Below are positions 48,007 to 57,086 of a stretch of 64,000 bases of DNA, one piece after another. Under the pieces are notes generated by a model. It saw nothing but the letters and a program-made list of their open reading frames with translations, searched no databases and had not been told where the DNA came from. The stretch is from IMG/VR virus record IMGVR_UViG_3300036985_003583, positions 6,868 through 70,867 of that record; one strand, 5' to 3'. The translations under genes were made by a program, and so were the position numbers. This DNA comes from a virus. Within the stretch, counting starts at the first letter, position 1. Each line of letters starts with the position of its first letter.

Positions 48007-48170
48007 TTAAAACGCACAGTGAGGCTTAAAACGACTCTAATTCTATTCATGTTTTAAGCCGTTTCCTGCCTTCAGGGGTACGTATATAGCCTATAGAGAT
48101 TTAAACTCCTCAGAAGGGCTTAAAACGACTCTAATGTTAGGAGCGTTTTAAGCGTCACTGTGCGTTTTAA
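48007..48170. repeat. 27-bp inverted repeat enclosing nested repeats
   Basis: TTAAAACGCACAGTGAGGCTTAAAACG (48007-48033) versus 48144-48170, one mismatch. Confidence 0.9.
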
Positions 48171-48330
48171 ATTCATAGGGGATATGTTTGTACCTACTAA
48201 AACGAATCTATAAGGAAGTTATCGTCGTATACAACTTGATTCAAGCTCCGGTAGCCTTTGACTGATCAGCCAGTCAAGTCTGTAAGAGACTTTATTGGGC
48301 TATAACGCACTATAAGTTGCTATAACTTTG

Positions 48331-49062
48331 TTACTTCAGAATCCGTCCTTTTAGTCCTACTTTCAGTGACTCTTTTAAGAACATTTCTGCCAGTGGGGAT
48401 AAGCGAGTTAACGTGTTTCCGCGCTCAATGGACTTTACAATCTTTGACATGAAGTTTCCGGTGTCATCTACTGGAACGTATCTGGGAATTGTAATAATTC
48501 CAAGCTTGATCAAGCGTAAGAGCCGTTCGCAATAAGCTTCGCCGTCTAGTAAGGGAACATTTGTAGCTCCCATAATGTGTTCAATTTTATCAATCTTGCG
48601 ACGATACTTTGGAACCAGTTGACCGGAACCGTAGAATTCTTTTATGATGACAGTGTAGTAAGGGGAAATTACCTTAAACTTTATCTCAACTATCATAGCC
48701 TTTTTAGACTTAGTTCTTCCGTCTAAAGGGTTGTAATTTACTATGTCTCCAAGTCTCCAGGGACAGGAGGTTATTGCAATTTCCATTTCAGCCGTTGCAA
48801 CCATTTCCCTGAAAATAAGCATTTGCTTCAGGTACCGTTCTCGGTCGAAGAATAGTTGCTGGGTAGAGTTGTTAAAATACTCTGGCTTTTCCAGTCTAAA
48901 GATAGCTGGGATGTCTTCGATAGTTTTTATATCTTTGGCATTTTGTATTTCAGTGACTTTAGTACGTTTAACGTGCTTTGACTTTTCTCTAGTTTTGCGC
49001 CAAGCGGCTAGAGCCTTACCTTGTTCACCTCTTTCAAGTTCAGCCTTCTCTGTCTCTGACAT
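48331..49062 (-). CDS. Hypothetical basic protein
   Basis: 243 aa, AAGGAG RBS. Confidence 0.65.
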   Translation of the reverse strand: MSETEKAELERGEQGKALAAWRKTREKSKHVKRTKVTEIQNAKDIKTIEDIPAIFRLEKPEYFNNSTQQLFFDRERYLKQMLIFREMVATAEMEIAITSCPWRLGDIVNYNPLDGRTKSKKAMIVEIKFKVISPYYTVIIKEFYGSGQLVPKYRRKIDKIEHIMGATNVPLLDGEAYCERLLRLIKLGIITIPRYVPVDDTGNFMSKIVKSIERGNTLTRLSPLAEMFLKESLKVGLKGRILK

Positions 49063-49693
49063 AACTCCTTCTCCCTTTAAGAATTTCTGAACGTAACTTT
49101 CTCATCACGATAATACCTTTAAACTTACCGCCTTCTCTGAGCATTTCCGTATAAGAAAGCTTTCGAGGCTTCCGCATTCCTTTAGGGATCTCGCATCCAC
49201 AGTGTTCACATTTTACCTTAAGAGCTTTTCTATTACGTTTCTTTTTGTTCAGATATAACGTAGAGGGAAGCTTACCTTTATTGTCGTTATAGTTTGTGTA
49301 TTTACGCTTGGGTAAAAGTCTAGCCTCCCTCAACTTCACCAAAGTATAAATATCCTTACCCGAATAGCTTGCCACTTTTCTATGTACAGTTCTATTACCT
49401 GTGACAAATGGAAGCACGACAAATTCTTTGGGTAGTTTAGCCAGTAGCAATCTAACCGACCCTTTACCCGCTAACATTTCGTCCAAGTCTTTGGCGAAGT
49501 AAAAGTTCTCCTCCTTTACTCCCGCCTCTATCAAAGCTTTTTCAGTAAGTTTAAGTGATTTATTAAGTGGGGTTTCTCTACGCTTTATATCTAGGTACCT
49601 TTTACAAGTCTTTCTACTTAACCTACGTTTCTTCGGAAAGTTTATCTTGTCTTTAGCGAGCAGCCCGCCACCGTGTTTTATTGTGAATGCCAT
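49040..49693 (-). CDS. Hypothetical very basic protein with a CxxC motif
   Basis: 217 aa, K/R-rich, AAGGAGG RBS. Confidence 0.65.
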   Translation of the reverse strand: MAFTIKHGGGLLAKDKINFPKKRRLSRKTCKRYLDIKRRETPLNKSLKLTEKALIEAGVKEENFYFAKDLDEMLAGKGSVRLLLAKLPKEFVVLPFVTGNRTVHRKVASYSGKDIYTLVKLREARLLPKRKYTNYNDNKGKLPSTLYLNKKKRNRKALKVKCEHCGCEIPKGMRKPRKLSYTEMLREGGKFKGIIVMRKLRSEILKGRRSYVRDREG

Positions 49694-49775
49694 TTACAAT
49701 TCCTCCTTACTCCTAAAGCCATTACCTTGTCTCCATCTTAACCTTATAGAATCACATCTTGTATCGACGTTGTGG

Positions 49776-49804
49776 TTGACAACATAAAAGTTATACAATA
49801 TACA
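49776..49804 (+). promoter_or_regulatory. Possible sigma70 promoter
   Basis: TTGACA-17 nt-TATACA in a divergent intergenic region. Confidence 0.4.
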
Positions 49805-49863
49805 TCAGAAGTTGTCTAGCTGCCTTGGTTGACAAGGGTAGTGACTTATCAAGGAGAAAAGAG

Positions 49864-50088
49864 ATGTTCGTTGTAGATGCAAAAGATATTAGAGAAGAGG
49901 TTTTGGCAGTAAAGTCTGTATTTCATCCAGAGCTTTACCCTGCTGAATGTAAACTTATTGACGGCTTTGTAACTCAGATACTTCAGAAAAGCTTCTGGGT
50001 TCCGGAGCATGAGGACGCTAACAAAGCTTGCGTCGATAGATTGCTGCAGGTTCGCGGTGAGAAGGGAGCAACTGATGGCGCTAGCTAA
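49864..50088 (+). CDS. Hypothetical protein
   Basis: AAGGAG RBS before ATG 49864. Confidence 0.6.
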   Translation: MFVVDAKDIREEVLAVKSVFHPELYPAECKLIDGFVTQILQKSFWVPEHEDANKACVDRLLQVRGEKGATDGAS

Positions 50089-50389
50089 AACTTTACTAAA
50101 GCCTTCAGAAATTATTGAGTCTAAACTTTATCTAAAGGCGATACTTACTCACTTTGACATTAAAAACTTGGCGCTACAGCTAGGGTACTCCCGCGCAACG
50201 GTACACTACTGGATAAATAATGAACGGAATCTAAGTCTTGAGTCCTTGGAGAATATGAGAGCTTTATGCCAGAGAACTTTATCCGAAAAAGAGTTAGAGA
50301 ATATTGCTATTAGAAGGCAAGATCATAGAAGGTTTATTCCAAAGACTGTAATAAAAAGACTCTCCGAAATTACCCAAACTTCCTATTGA
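50075..50389 (+). CDS. Cro/CI-type HTH regulator
   Basis: IKNLALQLGYSRATVHYWINNERNLS; GGGAG RBS before ATG 50075. Confidence 0.7.
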   Translation: MALAKTLLKPSEIIESKLYLKAILTHFDIKNLALQLGYSRATVHYWINNERNLSLESLENMRALCQRTLSEKELENIAIRRQDHRRFIPKTVIKRLSEITQTSY

Positions 50390-50957
50390 ACTTCGCTGAT
50401 GCCGACGGCTTTTTAGCCGCTTTCTCTCTAGCCTTATTAGAATCCGAAGTATTCTGCGCCCGAGTTCCAATAGTAAAAGGATCGCCGCCGTGGCCTACAT
50501 GACTTCCGCCAGTTTTATGCATTGCGACAACATTATAGCCGGGATCTTTTCCTAATTTCTGCATCATTTTCTCACGTTCAACGGTAACAACTTTAGGCTC
50601 GCCGCTATCGTATTTAGCTATTTTACTTCTCACGTTATGGTAAGCAACGCCGCCTCCGCGAGTAGCGAATGTTGGGCCTTTGCCGTGATCTTGGGTTTTT
50701 GTTGGAGACGGGTCGCGGAGTTTAGGGTGAGAATGCTGCGCCATTGGAGACTTTAACACGGGTAGTTTCATCTTGGATTCTTTAAAGTCTTTGCCGGTGA
50801 TGTAAGTGTCATCATCGTTGTCTTCCCACTTGCTTACGACCTTACGTTTCTTGTCGTCGTCCTCAGTATTTCCGGGATTATGTTTAGCTACAAGCTTGCG
50901 CATGTTTAACGAAGTTCCAGCTTTGGTTATTCTCGGTTGAATCATTTGCTGCTCCAT
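50370..50957 (-). CDS. Basic protein with a degenerate HNH-like C-terminus
   Basis: VVAMH...DPFTIGTRAQNTSD resembles the H...GTxxxNxxD end of HNH domains. Confidence 0.45.
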   Translation of the reverse strand: MEQQMIQPRITKAGTSLNMRKLVAKHNPGNTEDDDKKRKVVSKWEDNDDDTYITGKDFKESKMKLPVLKSPMAQHSHPKLRDPSPTKTQDHGKGPTFATRGGGVAYHNVRSKIAKYDSGEPKVVTVEREKMMQKLGKDPGYNVVAMHKTGGSHVGHGGDPFTIGTRAQNTSDSNKAREKAAKKPSASAKFNRKFG

Positions 50958-51874
50958 TTAATAGAGGAGTTTAGTGTTCCGCCCGTAAGGGTGTAGAGCA
51001 ATTTAAAGTAATTTGCCTGTATATTATTTACTGTGTAGAGATAGTCTGTCGAAGTTGTTAATGTTACAGTAGCTCCGCCGAATCCAGCAGGAACTTCTGA
51101 GTAAGTAACATCGTCAATCGACCAGTAAATTTTCACAGTTCCGCCAGCTGCAGCGAAAGCGGTTAAAGTATGCGTTCCAACGCCTGAAGAAGTAATCTCT
51201 AAAGCTGTTCCCGCGAGAGCATTAGCCAGAGAACTTGCCAGCTTAATTACAGATGCAGATATGTAGATAGCGAAGTATGTTCCAGCAGGTAATCCGCCTG
51301 GCTCAGTTCCGCCAGTAGTGAGAGCAACCTTATTTCCAGTAGATAATCCGTGAGCCAGTATAGTTATTTGGTTAGGATTAGGCTCAGTTTTTAATGTAAA
51401 GTCGTTATTGGCTCCGCCCATAATGGTAGTAGCAGCGTGAATCGTTTGAACCACTGCATCTTGTCCAGCTGCAATTGCTACGGTCATAATACCGAGAGCC
51501 GTTGCATCTGCATCCCAAGCAGTTTTTATCATAGTTGCTGTAGAGCCAGTTACGGCTGTTGGATCCATATGTACTTGAATTCCGCTTCCAAGTATCGAGA
51601 TAGTTTCAGCTCCGGAAGTTCCGTCGCCAACGAATTCTATTGTGTAAAGTGGCGATCTGATGCCGATTTCTACTTCAGTAAAATCAAGATCTCCAACAGA
51701 ACCTGCAGCGTAAAGTCCGGAGTCAAAGCTAACAGCAGCAGGGGCAGCTAAAGTCCAAGCAGCTTGAACCCCGATTCCAACATTAGCGGCTGAAATGGGC
51801 ATAGCTTCAGAGTAAGTTGTGTAAGGAATATTTGTAACACTTAATGTCTTAATAGGTGCTGGTAAATCTGTCAT
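50942..51874 (-). CDS. Multi-domain virion/tail-associated protein
   Basis: AHGLSTGNKV...LPAGTYF..IKLASSLANALAG..GTHTL repeat-type domain; Thr/Ala/Gly-rich. Confidence 0.6.
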   Translation of the reverse strand: MTDLPAPIKTLSVTNIPYTTYSEAMPISAANVGIGVQAAWTLAAPAAVSFDSGLYAAGSVGDLDFTEVEIGIRSPLYTIEFVGDGTSGAETISILGSGIQVHMDPTAVTGSTATMIKTAWDADATALGIMTVAIAAGQDAVVQTIHAATTIMGGANNDFTLKTEPNPNQITILAHGLSTGNKVALTTGGTEPGGLPAGTYFAIYISASVIKLASSLANALAGTALEITSSGVGTHTLTAFAAAGGTVKIYWSIDDVTYSEVPAGFGGATVTLTTSTDYLYTVNNIQANYFKLLYTLTGGTLNSSIKWSSK

Positions 51875-52011
51875 GTTTCCTCCGGATTAGTTTAAACAGA
51901 GCAGCGCCCAAAACAGACGGCCTAATAAAACAGCCGCCAGAGAGGAGGCCCCCCGAGAAGAGATGGCTCGGAGGATGATGTAGTTACGTTGCTCACGAAT
52001 TGATTATACCA

Positions 52012-52266
52012 TTACTTTGGCAATTTGATAGACAGGAGGTAATTTACAAGCCAGATAAAAGCTTTATAAAATTTATTGCTGGTGACGTTGATGATAAACT
52101 CATCATCTTTCTTTGTCTTTGTCATAGCAACGATTGCTAAAACAATCTCCGTTGCAGGTTTGAATATAGTTCGGCAAGCTCCGACTATCATCAGGAATGA
52201 AGCCACGAAAGTCCCGAAGTTCTCAATGAAGAACTTAACCACGTTATCCAGAGAGCTAGTATCCAT
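52012..52266 (-). CDS. Holin-like membrane protein
   Basis: Hydrophobic segments around TKTKKDDE; near the endolysin. Confidence 0.55.
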   Translation of the reverse strand: MDTSSLDNVVKFFIENFGTFVASFLMIVGACRTIFKPATEIVLAIVAMTKTKKDDEFIINVTSNKFYKAFIWLVNYLLSIKLPK

Positions 52267-52342
52267 AAATTACCCCTTTACATTGTTGCACACTTCTGTA
52301 TTCTATCTCAGTATTAAGCAACAACACAAGGGGGGGTCCAAT

Positions 52343-52543
52343 ATGGAACGGGACAATGTAAAGTATTTCAAAGTTGACGGTAGATTTGTTCGAGCATTAC
52401 ATGACTATATTGTAGCAAGACCTTTTAAAGAAGTAGCTAACTTAGTCGGCGGCTTTGGTGAAATAACTGAAATATTCGAAGATACTGCAGAGGTTAGCCG
52501 TCCATTGGCGGCCGTTCCCGATGAAGGTACAGCCCACTGTTAA
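52343..52543 (+). CDS. Small conserved phage protein
   Basis: LHDYIVARPFKEVANLV; G-rich RBS before ATG 52343. Confidence 0.6.
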   Translation: MERDNVKYFKVDGRFVRALHDYIVARPFKEVANLVGGFGEITEIFEDTAEVSRPLAAVPDEGTAHC

Positions 52544-52553
52544 GGAGACGTTT

Positions 52554-52766
52554 ATGCCTGTTCATACTTTAACATTTGATCTTCCGGATGAACGGGAAGA
52601 ACTGGAAACAGTTTTAAATGCTGGTAAGATGTCTGCAGCATTGAATGACTTCTCAAGTTATTTACGTTCAGAGTGGAAGTATTCTGAGCCGAGCAAATGG
52701 CCTGATCTTGAAAAGATCAGAGATAAGTTTCACGAAATCTGCGCCGAACGCGGTGTAGAGCCGTAA
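52554..52766 (+). CDS. Small conserved phage protein
   Basis: LTFDLPDEREE...LRSEWKY; AAGGAG RBS. Confidence 0.65.
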   Translation: MPVHTLTFDLPDEREELETVLNAGKMSAALNDFSSYLRSEWKYSEPSKWPDLEKIRDKFHEICAERGVEP

Positions 52767-52776
52767 AGGAGTTTTC

Positions 52777-52905
52777 ATGTCAGATGAAGAAAAGGATAAG
52801 ATTCTAAAGCTACTTGAAAAAGCTATGGACTCTTACGCTGATAATGAAACGCTTGAGGCGGAAGGCTATATGGAAGAGGCGATAGCTTTGATTGAGGATC
52901 TATAG
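52777..52905 (+). CDS. Hypothetical 42-aa acidic protein (not in the ORF track)
   Basis: AAGGAG RBS; MSDEEKDKILKLLEKAMD...LIEDL. Confidence 0.55.
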   Translation: MSDEEKDKILKLLEKAMDSYADNETLEAEGYMEEAIALIEDL

Positions 52906-53105
52906 GCCGAGGGCGTTGTGTCTGCAGAGCCTTTTCTATAATAAATGCATAAACGTAGTGATTGACGCATTTAAGATTAGCATTAGTAAAAATTCTCGTT
53001 CATTCAACGCCACTTAATATTATCATAATTCTATACGGAATACTTGCCACTGTCCTAAATCCGTGACATCTTATTACAAACAACAATAACTCATTCGAGG
53101 AAACT

Positions 53106-53342
53106 ATGTACACAGCGTACGTTCATAATCCTAGCGACTATGAGCCGAAGGGATTCTCATTTCCTGACATAGTTACAGCATGTAGATTCTGTATCCCATT
53201 GATAAGGCGTAATGTAATCGTAACTATCGCTGTAGATTCCTCTCCTAACGAGTGTCTTTATGACAGCACCCTTTACCCATTGATAAAAGAAGCGCGTCGG
53301 GCGTTACAAATTATGCGGGATAAGTCGATTTACATGCACTAA
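53106..53342 (+). CDS. Hypothetical protein
   Basis: GAGG RBS. Confidence 0.55.
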   Translation: MYTAYVHNPSDYEPKGFSFPDIVTACRFCIPLIRRNVIVTIAVDSSPNECLYDSTLYPLIKEARRALQIMRDKSIYMH

Positions 53343-53377
53343 CTATGTTATAATCGTCGTATGGCCGAAGCTATTTT

Positions 53378-53701
53378 GTGAGGGATTTAATGGAAGAATT
53401 CAAACTGTTATTAAATCACCTTATGATAAAGGTAGACAGGCTAGATAGCAAAATTCAAGAGAATAACATCATTTTAGCCCGTAATACAGTTTCCCTCGAA
53501 GAGCATAAAAGAAGAACTGATATTGCAGAATCAGTACAGAAAGAGTGTCGCGCCACATGTGATATAAACCGAGAAGAAGTGGCGGAGTCTTTGGCAGAAA
53601 TTAAGTTTTACTTTAAAGCATCGGCAGCGGTAACTGGATTTGTTGTTGGGGTTATCGGAATTCTAGCAGGAATAGCACAGATTAAATCGGTCTGGTTCTA
53701 A
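53378..53701 (+). CDS. Coiled-coil plus C-terminal TM protein (holin/hemolysin-like)
   Basis: SLEEHKRRT motif followed by a single TM segment; extended -10 TGTTATAAT at 53347. Confidence 0.55.
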   Translation: MRDLMEEFKLLLNHLMIKVDRLDSKIQENNIILARNTVSLEEHKRRTDIAESVQKECRATCDINREEVAESLAEIKFYFKASAAVTGFVVGVIGILAGIAQIKSVWF

Positions 53702-54981
53702 GGCATTCTGAGGAAGAAGCGAGTTGTTCCACAGTTACCGTTTTTCAAGTATCTTTCTACTAATCCAACCTGTTGATTATGCAAAACTAGAGCAATATCT
53801 TCGGATTTTCTACTGACGAAGCAGAAAACATGATCGATATTTGTATCGCTAGGGCCACTTACGCAAATATCGCCCAATTGCAGCTTAGATAAATCAGTAA
53901 ATTTAACATAGTGTAGCGTCTGCATTGCATAAGTCACAAAGTGGTCAACGTTTATCGAAGGCGTTGATCCCAACACTGGAAACGGGAGTCCTGCTAACTT
54001 TAATGCAGAAGTTTGATGTGCTACACATGAGTTTTTTATTGCATTTGGAGAATATTTTGGAGTAAACCACCGTTCAACTTCTTTTCTAACTTCACCATAG
54101 TTGTTCTGGAAGTAATTAACAAAGACTTCTGCTGACGACTTCAACGAAGTCTTGGGAATCTCCCCGTATTTAGCCGGAAGCTCACAGAAAATTACTCTGG
54201 CTCTTGGAGCGCCAGCAGCGAGCGAAGATCTGTAGAACATTTCAATGCTACCATTTGTATCTAGATAACAAACGCATTTGCCGTTAGCGTCAAACCCGCG
54301 AGCGTCGGAGAAATCTGCAACGTTTATCCGCCATTCTATAATCTCCCGCTCGTTTTTAGGTATCGTAGTAGGAGGTAAATGGCTAGTATCATTGCTACTT
54401 GTAGATAAGTCTGCACTTATTTCTCCAATGTTGATTAGTGTTTTCAACATTGTAACACAGCCACACCGATTACTAACAGCGGTGGCGTCCCAAACGTGAT
54501 CGGCGACGTAACGTCCCGGCTTCTGTACCGAAGTTCCTGCCCATACATATGGTGAAGGAACGTTATGTGGCTCATAGCCGAAACCGTTAAATTTCTCAAA
54601 TAAATACAGTATCTTAGCGATCGACCAGTCTTTATTTTCTGATAATTTATCGTAGTTTAGTGCGTCAATACAGGATTCTTCCCATGTAAAAGGAGGATTA
54701 CCCGCTACTGGCCTTCCAGCAGGAACTTGTACTGTTCTGGCTTTTAACGGATCTCCGTTGTGCATGTGACGATCCCAATTACAGTCGGATTCCATCTGAT
54801 GAATGCAGGCAATGACGTACCAAGGAACATTAGTTGCAACGGAAGCAGCCATATAACGCTTTTTATTCTTGATAAAAGCTAAGCAGTTCTTCTTTGCCGT
54901 AGCTTCTTTACAGGGAATAATATAAGCATTCTTCCACAGAGCTAAAATATCCGCTTTCTTTTCCTCGGTATACTGGCTCAT
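53698..54981 (-). CDS. Endolysin: lysozyme-like domain plus putative Cys/His amidase domain
   Basis: VPWYVIACIHQMES...HNGDPL..RTVQVPAGRP...EKFNGFGY...SPYVWAGT...GRYVAD; C-terminal NSCVAH...GDICV...DHVF. Confidence 0.8.
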   Translation of the reverse strand: MSQYTEEKKADILALWKNAYIIPCKEATAKKNCLAFIKNKKRYMAASVATNVPWYVIACIHQMESDCNWDRHMHNGDPLKARTVQVPAGRPVAGNPPFTWEESCIDALNYDKLSENKDWSIAKILYLFEKFNGFGYEPHNVPSPYVWAGTSVQKPGRYVADHVWDATAVSNRCGCVTMLKTLINIGEISADLSTSSNDTSHLPPTTIPKNEREIIEWRINVADFSDARGFDANGKCVCYLDTNGSIEMFYRSSLAAGAPRARVIFCELPAKYGEIPKTSLKSSAEVFVNYFQNNYGEVRKEVERWFTPKYSPNAIKNSCVAHQTSALKLAGLPFPVLGSTPSINVDHFVTYAMQTLHYVKFTDLSKLQLGDICVSGPSDTNIDHVFCFVSRKSEDIALVLHNQQVGLVERYLKNGNCGTTRFFLRMP

Positions 54982-55196
54982 ATCTTCCCCCTTAATTCAT
55001 TGAATCTGGCATCAAGTCTAGCTCTTGCCTCGGCATCTTTGACGCCAAGATCGGAGCTATCGGCGACTCCGGAAGAAATATTATGGATAGTGTCGAGCCA
55101 TTGCTTGTTTAATTCTTCTCTTTTAGCTTCATTCTTTATATATTTATTGAGGAACCACAGTCCTATCTTAGCTAATAACGGAAGAAATATGGGCAT
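54978..55196 (-). CDS. Small membrane-anchored protein (possible spanin component)
   Basis: Hydrophobic N-terminus, helical body, coupled to the endolysin. Confidence 0.5.
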   Translation of the reverse strand: MPIFLPLLAKIGLWFLNKYIKNEAKREELNKQWLDTIHNISSGVADSSDLGVKDAEARARLDARFNELRGKI

Positions 55197-55198
55197 GG

Positions 55199-55852
55199 CT
55201 ACTCCAATGGTGCGAGCGGTCTCACGGTGTGGTTAATAGGGGTGGAGAAAGCCCGCAGAAATCCCCAACCATTCTTTAATCGCATGTTAACAGCACACGG
55301 GTTTATTTTATAGAGGAACGACCACTCCGCTAAACATTTTGTCTCCCCCTGATAAGTTATAAATTTTGTATTACTTTTATTTCTACTATTCTCTATAATT
55401 GAAGACCATTTACAATTTTCTTTTGAATACCCTTTATTATTATCTATTCTATCTAACCTCTTCAGATTACCTTTACTATCTAAGGTAATTTCTCCCATGT
55501 CTGTATAGAAATTATCAAACTTAAGCCAACTGTCGCATACCGATATTCCCCGTTTACCATACCATTTATAGTGACTATTATTAGAATCGGTACATCTTTT
55601 TATCATATTATACCACACGTAGTATACCTTAGTTCCCCCTTTTCCATGTGTTCTATGCCAGTCTGGACCATGACACCCGCAAGACTTAGACCTATTCCCA
55701 ACTAATTGTGTATAGGCTACTTTTTTAATTGTGCCGCATTCACAAATACAGGTATAAAAGTATGACCTTTTAATTTTCTCTCGTGGGAGGTTACAGGTAG
55801 TCCAGTACCCGAATACTGTCATAGGAGGTAATACTTTAGCAGGAGCAGGCAT
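55199..55852 (-). mobile_element. HNH homing endonuclease
   Basis: CICECG...SKSCGC...THG...WYNMIKRC...YGKRGISVCDSW..FDNFYTDMG...LDRIDNNKGYSKENCKW; ATG 55852 after AAGGA; AT-richer than its flanks. Confidence 0.9.
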
Positions 55853-55930
55853 CGCTTTTCCTTTCAAACGAAATTTTAGAAACTTCGCTCGACCTTGCGC
55901 AAGGAAAAGCGACTATTCAATCTATCACAC

Positions 55931-56572
55931 TTATTCGAGAGGGGCCAAACTTCTCGTGGTATGTCGATGATACGCCCCCGACTTTAGCCCGCGAAACAAG
56001 TATCCAGATTCTACTGTTCCCATGTAGTAAGTGCAAATGGCTCCGTCACAAACGATTGGGCTTGCGTCCTTCAACGGCTCAGCTATCACAGGCTCGTCAA
56101 AAACTATTCGGGTAATATCGCGGGAAGCGACCTGACAGACTGAAGCGCCGCCAACGCGCAGAGACTTTCGGTTGCACGTAACCCACGCTGGCAAGGTAAC
56201 TTCTTCACCATAGAAATCTATGATTCCAAGTGACATTGGTTGCTCTTTAGATGCAATAAATATCTTCATTATGCAGCGATCCTTCGTATCTTCTACGAAG
56301 TGAATTGGGTCATAGGTAAAAGAAAAGGGAGCTACCGGATTTATAAATTCTGGGTGTCCAGCGCAGGTTGCGAAGACAATTCTTTCCGCCGTCTTGGGCA
56401 GAGTAGGCTTTATTATCTGAGTTTTCTTTCTAGGAATCGCAGCCATGCCAACATAATTAAGACCGTCTACGTTAAAAGCCAAAGTAGCCTCATTGGAAAA
56501 CGTCTTAACTTCCTGCAATTGGGAAGCATTGCAACCTACTAAAACCAGTAAAATTAGTATAAGTGACTTCAT
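55931..56572 (-). CDS. Lipoprotein in the lysis/tail cluster
   Basis: MKSLILILLVLVG-C lipobox; Cys-rich, beta-type body. Confidence 0.7.
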   Translation of the reverse strand: MKSLILILLVLVGCNASQLQEVKTFSNEATLAFNVDGLNYVGMAAIPRKKTQIIKPTLPKTAERIVFATCAGHPEFINPVAPFSFTYDPIHFVEDTKDRCIMKIFIASKEQPMSLGIIDFYGEEVTLPAWVTCNRKSLRVGGASVCQVASRDITRIVFDEPVIAEPLKDASPIVCDGAICTYYMGTVESGYLFRGLKSGAYHRHTTRSLAPLE

Positions 56573-56606
56573 ATGACGTCAAATCTCCGATTCATTTTAC
56601 AACGCT

Positions 56607-57077
56607 TTACAACGCTGCAATTTCTGCATCTCTTGTCACGATCCTTTGAAATCTCCAAGCTGCAAACATGCGTGCTGCTGCCATTCTTGGAGTAATCCAA
56701 AATGCCACTTCCTCCAAAGTTGGGAACATCATTGGCACATACATCGCAGGATTTGCCTCAATATCACTCCAACTTTGCTGCGTCGCAAGTGCTGCACTTT
56801 GGTTCTTTGTCCCATAAACTGCAAACTGCTGAGCTTCAATATCTGCATCGCACTGTGCTCTTGCTGCAGATATCTGTGCATCTTTTGCTGCTTGGGCCAT
56901 AGCAGCTTGATCTTCTATGATAACAATACTTCCTTCGACTTCAATAGCTTTTAAATAGTTTACGTTATATCCATCTTGCATTTCAACTGAATAAAATATC
57001 TCAGAATCAAATCCAGCATAAGGTAGTTCAAATACTTGAACAACTTTTAAATCAGACTTATTTACCAATGCCCACAT
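56607..57077 (-). CDS. Tail-fibre assembly/chaperone-like protein
   Basis: Directly downstream of the tail-fibre genes; size and composition fit. Confidence 0.5.
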   Translation of the reverse strand: MWALVNKSDLKVVQVFELPYAGFDSEIFYSVEMQDGYNVNYLKAIEVEGSIVIIEDQAAMAQAAKDAQISAARAQCDADIEAQQFAVYGTKNQSAALATQQSWSDIEANPAMYVPMMFPTLEEVAFWITPRMAAARMFAAWRFQRIVTRDAEIAAL

Positions 57078-57086
57078 AACAACTCC

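Noticed and set aside
45931-48170. Repeat arrays as a CRISPR or mini-CRISPR array
   Set aside because: The units are contiguous with no unique spacers. The only Cas-like gene is a generic PD-(D/E)XK phage nuclease.
50370-50970. Third case of C-terminal duplication (SASAKFNRK vs NSSIKWSSK)
   Set aside because: The similarity is too weak to distinguish from chance.
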